A stretch of 64,000 nt of DNA, from the NCBI GenBank assembly GCA_025451675.1, contig JANWJZ010000038.1:3387-67386 (forward strand), in the 5' to 3' direction. A program made the translations under genes and the position numbers. The DNA comes from Halanaerobiales bacterium. Its GTDB lineage: Bacteria; Bacillota; Halanaerobiia; Halanaerobiales; DTU029. The notes below the pieces were generated by a model. That model made no database searches. It worked only from the letters and a program-made list of their open reading frames with translations, and was not told where the DNA came from. How positions within the stretch are numbered: the stretch's first letter is position 1; each line of letters begins with the position of its first letter. Shown piece after piece: positions 58,134 to 64,000 of this stretch.

Positions 58134-59188
58134 CCTTCATACCCCCCTGCCAAAATCTCAATCCTCTCCAGGATTTCCTCTGCTGTCGGAACAACACCAC
58201 CGGTCCTGCCATAGAAATAGACAGGGCGTTCACCATTGACCGCCAACCTCAAATCCTCCACCATCTGCCCCATGCTCATCTCTACTGCCAGGTAGGCTGA
58301 ACTCTGCCTGATGGTAGACCTGATAATTCTCTCCGGAAAGGGAAAGAGACTGATGGGCCTGACAAGGCCTGCCTTCAAACCTTTCTCCCTGGCCATATCC
58401 ACTGCCGTCATGGCAATACGGGCTGTCGTCCCATAGGCAACCAGCACTAATTCTGCATCCTCCATCCTGTATAATTCCGCCCTTTGCTCGCTTTCCTTCA
58501 TCTCTTCATATTTCCTGAACAACTTCCGGTTATGTTCCTCCAGTTCCTCCGGATCCAGGTAGAGGGAATTGATGATATTGGGCTCCCTCCCCCTGGCCCC
58601 GGTAGTAGCCCATGGCTTAGCAATATTCTCACCAGGTTTTATATCTTCAAAAGTTACCGGCTCCATCATCTGGCCGATAATCCCATCTGCCAGTATCAGC
58701 ACCGGATTGCGGTAATAATCGGCAAGAACAAAGGCCTCTGCAGTCAACCCGGCTGCCTCCTGTACAGAGGCAGGGGCCAGGACGAGTAAACGGTAATCCC
58801 CATGGCCACCTCCCTTGACAGCCTGAAAATAGTCCGACTGGGAGGGCTGGATACCGCCCAGGCCAGGCCCGCCCCTCATCACATTCACAATCACACAGGG
58901 CAGTTCAGCAGCTGCGATATAAGAAATACCCTCCATCTTCAGGCTGATTCCGGGACTGGAGGAAGAGGTCATCACCCTGGCTCCGGCACCAGCTGCACCA
59001 TAGACCATATTGATGGCGGCTATCTCACTTTCTGCCTGCAGGAAGACTCCGCCGTGTTCCGGTAAATGCAGGGCCATGTATTCAGGAATCTCATTCTGCG
59101 GAGTAATGGGATAGGCAAAGAAATAACGGCAACCTGCCCTGATGGCCGCCTCAGCAATGGCTTCATTACCTGTCATCAATCTCTTCAT
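58124..59188 (-). CDS. 2-oxoacid:ferredoxin oxidoreductase, alpha subunit
   Basis: Start trimmed to ATG 59188 (MKRLMTGNEAIAEAAIRAG) with AAGGGGTG 8 nt upstream. The upstream GTG extension in the ORF track overlaps the delta-subunit stop. Confidence 0.88.
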   Translation of the reverse strand: MKRLMTGNEAIAEAAIRAGCRYFFAYPITPQNEIPEYMALHLPEHGGVFLQAESEIAAINMVYGAAGAGARVMTSSSSPGISLKMEGISYIAAAELPCVIVNVMRGGPGLGGIQPSQSDYFQAVKGGGHGDYRLLVLAPASVQEAAGLTAEAFVLADYYRNPVLILADGIIGQMMEPVTFEDIKPGENIAKPWATTGARGREPNIINSLYLDPEELEEHNRKLFRKYEEMKESEQRAELYRMEDAELVLVAYGTTARIAMTAVDMAREKGLKAGLVRPISLFPFPERIIRSTIRQSSAYLAVEMSMGQMVEDLRLAVNGERPVYFYGRTGGVVPTAEEILERIEILAGGYEGCA

Positions 59189-59223
59189 TAATAAAGCACC
59201 CCTTTTAATGAAAACTATAACCC

Positions 59224-59430
59224 TCACCTATAGACAGTTATAACCAGATCAGGACAGACCAATGCACATAGTAAACAGGAATTACACTTCTCTTCATCCT
59301 TCATTCTTACAGGACGGTATCCCTTGCTATTTATTTCCCTAGACAACACCAGTAAACCGGCAGGACAGTGCTCTATACAGATTCCACAGCTCTTACACCT
59401 CTCTACGTCAATGACAAGTTTCTTCATCAC
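59224..59430 (-). CDS. 2-oxoacid:ferredoxin oxidoreductase, delta subunit (2x[4Fe-4S] ferredoxin)
   Basis: 68 aa with CKSCGICIEHCP and CNSCLLCALVCP motifs. Confidence 0.88.
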   Translation of the reverse strand: MMKKLVIDVERCKSCGICIEHCPAGLLVLSREINSKGYRPVRMKDEEKCNSCLLCALVCPDLVITVYR

Positions 59431-59561
59431 CGGCCTCCCTCTATCTTTCCTAAATATTTCTTGCCACTTGCTATTATGAACAACTCATAACATCTGATAT
59501 TATTACCAGGTACTAATATTATTATTCTATATTTATCAGAAAAATCCTCTAAAAATTTTCA

Positions 59562-59597
59562 TAAAATAAAAACAGGCCCGTTAAAAACTGGCCTGTT
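59562..59597 (-). terminator. Intrinsic terminator in the lipoprotein-oxidoreductase spacer
   Basis: Minus strand AACAGGCC, 11-nt loop, GGCCTGTT, then TTTATTTTAT. Confidence 0.7.
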
Positions 59598-59744
59598 AAT
59601 ATGTCAACCTGCTCTCTTTTATCGTCAGCATTCTGGTCTTTCCATTAAATAAAATTACCGTTGACTTTTATTTTTCATTGCTATTCTTGTCAAATTTTTG
59701 TTCTCATACTCACGGATAATAGTTCCGTAACTTTTTCTAAAGTT

Positions 59745-59767
59745 AATGCCGGCTTATAGCCGGCATT
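59745..59767 (-). terminator. GC hairpin 12 nt after the lipoprotein stop (terminator with poor U-tract)
   Basis: AATGCCGGC, 5-nt loop, GCCGGCATT. The minus strand continues AACTTTAG. Confidence 0.45.
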
Positions 59768-59778
59768 TTAAAAATGTT

Positions 59779-60639
59779 TTATTCAGGAATCACATAAGTT
59801 ATATCATCAACCCAAAATGTTCCAGTTCCATCTCTTTCTCCACTGCCACCAATTTGAAAACCAATTTTAAATATCTGTGCATCTTCTGGTATTCCTGTCA
59901 TGTCAATTTCTAATGTTCTCCATGCATTTATATTATCTAAATATGGTACATTATCTTTAGGATATAAAGGATAAGTATCGTTACCCTCTTCATCTTTTTC
60001 AACAACTTGTATATATGGTCTAAAATAACCAAAGTCAGCGTCACTTGGTACAAAAACTCTTAAGTAATAGATTGCATGAGGTAAATTATAACTATTGTCA
60101 AAATAACATGTAACTACCTGTCCTTTTTCCAGTGAATACTCTACTCGTAATGAGGCAGTTGAATCGATTTCTGGATCAGCTTTTTCGGTATCATGGAAGA
60201 ATGTTGCATCGCCTTGATTCATATCGTCATCAATTATCCAGCCCTCAATACCTTCTTCAAAATCAATAAGTGTTTTAACTTCAGGCTCTCCAGGCTCACC
60301 TGGTTCTCCAGGTTCACCTGGTTCTTCTGTTATCTCTACAAAGACTGCTTTTATTGATTTATTTCCGTCCATTTTAATTCTATATTCGCCTTTTTCTGCA
60401 TCAACAACAGCTACCTTATCGCCTTCCCATTTGCTGAATTCATAGCCTTCATCAGCAGTAACCTTTAAATCAACTACTGTATTTTCCTTATACTTATGTG
60501 GTCCAGGCTTGGGATTAACTGTACCACCTTCAGTAGCAGAAATCTTTAAAGTATATTCCTTTGCAGTATCACAGGCAGCAAGTATAAAAACCAGAGTAAG
60601 AATCAACAAAACTGAAATAAATAATTTACGCTTGCTCAT
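59779..60639 (-). CDS. Secreted lipoprotein: beta-repeat domain, (EPG)n linker, CBM-like C-terminal domain
   Basis: 286 aa. Signal peptide with lipobox (LVFILAAC). YTLKISATEGGTVNPKPGPHKYKENTVVDLKVTADEGYEFSKWEGD resembles the Listeria-Bacteroides repeat fold. Linker EEPGEPGEPGEPGEPE. The C-terminal ~165 aa end FWVDDITYV, like carbohydrate-binding modules. GC content is markedly lower than its neighbours. Confidence 0.7.
   Translation of the reverse strand: MSKRKLFISVLLILTLVFILAACDTAKEYTLKISATEGGTVNPKPGPHKYKENTVVDLKVTADEGYEFSKWEGDKVAVVDAEKGEYRIKMDGNKSIKAVFVEITEEPGEPGEPGEPGEPEVKTLIDFEEGIEGWIIDDDMNQGDATFFHDTEKADPEIDSTASLRVEYSLEKGQVVTCYFDNSYNLPHAIYYLRVFVPSDADFGYFRPYIQVVEKDEEGNDTYPLYPKDNVPYLDNINAWRTLEIDMTGIPEDAQIFKIGFQIGGSGERDGTGTFWVDDITYVIPE
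60281..60326 (-). repeat. Imperfect 9-bp tandem repeat (about 5 units) encoding the EPG linker
   Basis: Plus strand tcaggctctccaggctcacctggttctccaggttcacctggttc. Minus strand reads GAA CCA GGT / GAA CCT GGA / GAA CCA GGT / GAG CCT GGA / GAG CCT GAA. Confidence 0.85.
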
Positions 60640-60669
60640 TTTCTTCCCCCTTTAATTTTTTATATATAC

Positions 60670-60721
60670 ACAGGCAGTACCTTCGTCTAATTCCCACCCT
60701 CCTTTCCCTGGTACCTCCTGT
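60670..60721 (-). other. Imperfect hairpin with purine-rich 28-nt loop in the lipoprotein 5' leader
   Basis: Minus strand ACAGGAGGTACC-AGGGAAAGGAGGGTGGGAATTAGACGAA-GGTACTGCCTGT (5+5 bp with a 2-nt internal mismatch). It ends about 30 nt upstream of the ATG. Confidence 0.4.
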
Positions 60722-60791
60722 CAATAATACCCTGTCCAGTTTATCTAAATAAGAAGATAATTATCCATTTTATTCTTTTTTTCCACAAATA

Positions 60792-60820
60792 ATTATATCA
60801 TCGTTTATATATTAAGTCAA
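60792..60820 (-). promoter_or_regulatory. Near-consensus sigma-A promoter for the lipoprotein gene
   Basis: Minus strand TTGACT (60820-60815), 17-nt spacer, TATAAT (60797-60792). Implies a leader of about 145 nt. Confidence 0.65.
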
Positions 60821-60869
60821 TCCGGAAGATTTTCTATTGTTTTTATTATCTGAAACTTCTGTATCTTTG

Positions 60870-60899
60870 ATTAGCCTGTACTTTATAGTACAGGCTAAT
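60870..60899 (-). terminator. 13-bp perfect hairpin 8 nt after the GH8 stop (terminator-like, no clear U-tract on the minus strand)
   Basis: ATTAGCCTGTACT, 4-nt loop, AGTACAGGCTAAT. Confidence 0.5.
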
Positions 60900-60906
60900 A
60901 TTTAGT

Positions 60907-62040
60907 TTAACCATAGATACGGTATCTGCCACTTAAAGCTAACAGAGCAAAGAAGTAGAGGCAGTTATCATAATAACGCCTTTCATCTGTCCTCAAGGGT
61001 GTATTCCAGAATCTCTCTACACTGGCTTTAGCTGCCGGGCCGTCTGCCGCCAGAGATGCTGCCGCATTAGTGGCAATCAGGCCCACATCGTGGACATACT
61101 CAGGTTTCTCCAGTGGTTTACCATCGATAGTATATTTGGTGAAGTCCTCCCTATCGATATTGATAAAGAAGTTCTGGATTCTATTGGCTATATCTTTCTG
61201 GCCTTCATCTGCCTTGAACCACTCATAGTCAAGGCCGATATTTAAGGCTACCCGGTAAGAATCACTGAAGAAATCCCCATGGCCGCGGCTTGTCTCCGGT
61301 GTGCCGTCATAATGGGCATATTCTGGAGCCAGTCCTGTAACTGGATGGCAGGCCTTATGGAGATATTCCCTGCTGGCCTTTGCTGCTTCTGCCCAGAAGT
61401 CACTGTCTTCCGGGTTACCCCAGCGGGAGAACAGTTCATAAAAATGAGGTACATGATAGGATGGGTCACTGAATTCTACCTCAGGGATGAACTTGATTAA
61501 CTTGTTCTCCCGGTTCCACATGGGATAGCCCGGATTCCCCTCCTCGCCCTTATGTATTACCTCGTAGAGGATATCTTTGGCCTGTTCACTATAGTTAAAG
61601 GGTTCTTCTCTATCCCCCCAACGTTTTGAGGCAAAGAGCAGGGCCATAGCAAAAAATTCTTCTCCATCCGGGGCCGGGCCCTGGAAATTCCTTGTTCCAT
61701 CCAGTTTACAGGACCAGGCAAAATAACCTTTGTACTCTCCACTGTCATGCCACATATAGGTCTTGGTCCACTTCCAGAGGCGGTCAAAGATTTCCTGGTT
61801 ATCCATCTGTACCGCCATCATCATCCCGTAGGACATACCCTCTGTCCGGACATCATTATTGCCGGTATCTGTAATATAACCCATATCATCCCCGACTGGA
61901 TGATAGATTCTCAGATCTTCATCAAAGAATAATGCCTCCCAGGTATCCTGGATCTTCTTCTCGATTGCTTCTTCAGAATAGCCCAGTTCTTTGAATACAT
62001 TCCTGTATTCACCTGTGTAAAAAGCGCCTTTTTTCTCCAT
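60907..62040 (-). CDS. GH8 reducing-end xylose-releasing exo-oligoxylanase (Rex-type)
   Basis: 377 aa. GAFYTGEYRNVFKELGYSE, DVRTEGMSYGMMMAVQMD, GYFAWSC, GPAPDGEEFFAMALLFAS, LIKFIPEVEFSDPSYHVPHFYELF, FFSDSYRV, RRYYDNCLYFFALLALSG. Very close to what I remember of Bacillus halodurans Rex8A. Confidence 0.85.
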   Translation of the reverse strand: MEKKGAFYTGEYRNVFKELGYSEEAIEKKIQDTWEALFFDEDLRIYHPVGDDMGYITDTGNNDVRTEGMSYGMMMAVQMDNQEIFDRLWKWTKTYMWHDSGEYKGYFAWSCKLDGTRNFQGPAPDGEEFFAMALLFASKRWGDREEPFNYSEQAKDILYEVIHKGEEGNPGYPMWNRENKLIKFIPEVEFSDPSYHVPHFYELFSRWGNPEDSDFWAEAAKASREYLHKACHPVTGLAPEYAHYDGTPETSRGHGDFFSDSYRVALNIGLDYEWFKADEGQKDIANRIQNFFINIDREDFTKYTIDGKPLEKPEYVHDVGLIATNAAASLAADGPAAKASVERFWNTPLRTDERRYYDNCLYFFALLALSGRYRIYG

Positions 62041-62105
62041 TTCTTATCCCTCTCTTTATATTAGTATATTAGTTTAATACATATATATTATTCTATATTA
62101 AAATG

Positions 62106-64000
62106 CTATTTCCTTCTATAATAACTTTCCGGTGGTCCAAGATAGCTGGGTTTTACTCCACCCATATCCAGGACAATTTTCTGCAGGGCTATCCCCGGGT
62201 CAACCATCTGGATCCTTAAGGTATGATAACCGGGTTCTTTTATATAATGTCTGGTCCTGGATTTATGGGCATTCTCCACCACTGCCTGCATCCATTCCGG
62301 GCATGTATAATCGGCATCAAATTCCACCGGGAACAGGTCAGCGATTTCCGGTTCTCCTCCATCAAGGGAGATAGCATATCGCAAACCATGCCTCCGGTCA
62401 AAGTTCAGGGTCGGTGCAGTATAGACAGTTATCTCCACCTCACCGGGTGTAAAGACATACAATCTATATTCCAGATAAGGGCCATTTTCCGGAGGTAAGA
62501 AACTCTTGTCTGTTAAAGGCAGAACCAGCATGGATGAAAGAGTACGGCCATAATCAGCAACCTTCTCCCACCTCATCCCGTCAACAGCTACATTCCTGCT
62601 ATAATGCTCTGCTTCTATTGAGATAAAGCCGTGGCTCTCTACAAAGGTCATCTCTTCCAGCTCCTCAAAACCCGGTCTGGCTGGATTAAAGATCTTTACA
62701 AATACCTCATATTCCTTGCCTGTGCCAGAAACTATCAATTTACCTGTGATTTCTTCACCCACTGGAGCATTAGCCCAATCGATACTCACCATTACCCTTT
62801 TTTCTTTTTCCACTATACCTGAAGCCTTGCTGATCTTTATCCAGGGTTCCTCTGCCTTTATATTGAATTCAAAGGGATCGGTTTTTCTATTGAAGACTTC
62901 CAGATAGTATTCATCAGCCGTATATTTGCTGAAGACAGGCAGGCTCCCAGATTTATTCTTTTCATCCAGGGCCTCTATACTTCCTTCCAGGTAAACCCCT
63001 AGCTCAGAACCGGACGGCACTTCAATCCTCTTAACATCCGGCATGGTGTTCTTTTCCGGCCCCCGCCAGTTGGCCTTACCGATATGGGGTTGCAGCATCA
63101 TACCATACCATTTGCCACCGGCCAGTTCATAGTTGTAATAATCGGTATCTGCTGCTTCATCATTAAAGACCATTTCCGTCAACTCAGCATAATCATTGGT
63201 ACTGCTCCTGCCCTGATTGGCAAAGAACTGGTTCTTACCGGCATAGATATGCATCTTTAACACATTCCTGCTGGCCCTGGTTGGATAGAGGACCAACTGG
63301 AAAAAGGCATCCCTTTTCTCAGGTTCCAACTCAGCGTAAATTTTCTCTGCCATCTCCGTTATTTCTTCAAATTCCGCCAGAACCCTTTCACCTTCCCGGT
63401 AATTGATAAGACTAAAAGTATCCTCTTCCACAATCTCCGGTTTCCTTCTCCCGTTATATTTAGTATATCTCTGAAGTATCTCTGCTATCTCCCGGGCATA
63501 TTTACTGCCGAACTGTTCCTCTGCCCACTGGATATGATATTCACCGATAGTCTCATGATCCCAACGGTTGATATCCCAGGCCATTGCCAGGAAGAAATCT
63601 ATGGGTAATTCCATTGGCTTCAGGTCGCCCACATTGACAATCCAGATCCGGTCTACACCATGATGATAGGTTAAACTCATCTGGTCCCAGATCTTCTGTA
63701 AGGGTACTGTATTGATCCACTGATAGGAACGGGGTCCTCCCACATAGTCAAAATGATAATACATACCATATCCACCGGGGCGGTCTCTCTCCTCTGCAGG
63801 AGGGAGCATCCGCACATTACCGAAGTTATCATCAGCCAGTAGAAGGGTAATATCATCCGGTATATCAAGGCCGGCTTCATAATAGCTCTGTACCTCTTTA
63901 TACAGGGCCAAGGCCTGTGGTACAGTGGCCGGGTCCCTGCCGGTCACTTTCTCGATTATCTCCCGCTGGTCCTGGATAATTTTCTCGAGCAGTTTCCTGA
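62106..64000 (-). CDS. GH115 xylan alpha-1,2-glucuronidase, C-terminal ~630 codons (5' end beyond the window)
   Basis: The frame stays open upstream of the track's GTG at 63947 up to position 64000 (..RKLLEKIIQDQREIIEKVTGRD..). GYGMYYHFDYVGGPRSYQWINT, VDRIWIVNVGDLKPMELPIDFF and a beta-sandwich C-terminal half. Confidence 0.8.
   Translation of the reverse strand, partial: RKLLEKIIQDQREIIEKVTGRDPATVPQALALYKEVQSYYEAGLDIPDDITLLLADDNFGNVRMLPPAEERDRPGGYGMYYHFDYVGGPRSYQWINTVPLQKIWDQMSLTYHHGVDRIWIVNVGDLKPMELPIDFFLAMAWDINRWDHETIGEYHIQWAEEQFGSKYAREIAEILQRYTKYNGRRKPEIVEEDTFSLINYREGERVLAEFEEITEMAEKIYAELEPEKRDAFFQLVLYPTRASRNVLKMHIYAGKNQFFANQGRSSTNDYAELTEMVFNDEAADTDYYNYELAGGKWYGMMLQPHIGKANWRGPEKNTMPDVKRIEVPSGSELGVYLEGSIEALDEKNKSGSLPVFSKYTADEYYLEVFNRKTDPFEFNIKAEEPWIKISKASGIVEKEKRVMVSIDWANAPVGEEITGKLIVSGTGKEYEVFVKIFNPARPGFEELEEMTFVESHGFISIEAEHYSRNVAVDGMRWEKVADYGRTLSSMLVLPLTDKSFLPPENGPYLEYRLYVFTPGEVEITVYTAPTLNFDRRHGLRYAISLDGGEPEIADLFPVEFDADYTCPEWMQAVVENAHKSRTRHYIKEPGYHTLRIQMVDPGIALQKIVLDMGGVKPSYLGPPESYYRRK

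Noticed and set aside
60281-60326. Tandem repeat as a CRISPR-like or collagen-like element
   Set aside because: It has only about 5 imperfect 9-bp units inside an ORF, encoding an EPG interdomain linker. It has no spacers and no Gly-X-Y periodicity beyond the linker.
1-64000. Search for mobile elements, CRISPR arrays, tRNA/rRNA genes, toxin-antitoxin or defence systems
   Set aside because: I saw no transposase, integrase or recombinase motifs, no direct-repeat arrays, no tRNA-like cloverleaf candidates in the short spacers, and no nuclease/ATPase/reverse-transcriptase defence architectures. All large ORFs have housekeeping, sporulation or CAZyme assignments.

Overview
This 64 kb window looks like core chromosome of an anaerobic, endospore-forming Firmicute (Clostridia/Halanaerobiales-like; I cannot name the species). 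I count about 66 coding features. All but one are on the minus strand, many joined by 1-20 nt overlaps. In transcription order (high to low coordinates): a xylan side-chain module (GH115 alpha-glucuronidase, partial; GH8 Rex-type exo-oligoxylanase); an AT-rich CBM-like lipoprotein; a 4-subunit 2-oxoacid:ferredoxin oxidoreductase; a coupled chain M20 peptidase-DUF3866-NudF-EndoQ-ComB-like; spoIIM; an aldo/keto reductase; an M29 aminopeptidase; the single plus-strand ORF (AT-rich, no canonical start); pfk; deoB-pdp; dacF-spoIIAA-spoIIAB-sigF; a micro-ORF plus spoVAC-AD-AE-AF; a split three-gene HgdC-like activase module; SGNH hydrolase; a CCA/poly(A)-polymerase-family nucleotidyltransferase; an M50 protease; scpA-scpB-ytfI-ytfJ-dacB-rluB; smc-ftsY; murI; citrate synthase; ylxM-ffh-rpsP-khpA-rimM-trmD-(SPOUT-like)-rplS-rbgA-rnhB; a preQ1-I riboswitch plus queT; a GH43 beta-xylosidase pseudogene; tldD-pmbA; and a guanine-riboswitch-controlled pur operon (purD-E-B-C-F-M-N-H). 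Synteny with Bacillus subtilis is extensive. I found no tRNA, rRNA, CRISPR array, IS/transposase, integrase, prophage or recognisable defence system. I see no convincing new multi-gene system. The best candidates for follow-up are the split activase trio behind spoVAF, the EndoQ/ComB-like overlapping pair inside a five-gene coupled chain, the start-less AT-rich plus-strand ORF, and the AT-rich repeat-linker lipoprotein. All family assignments come from reading motifs in the translations by eye, not from database searches.
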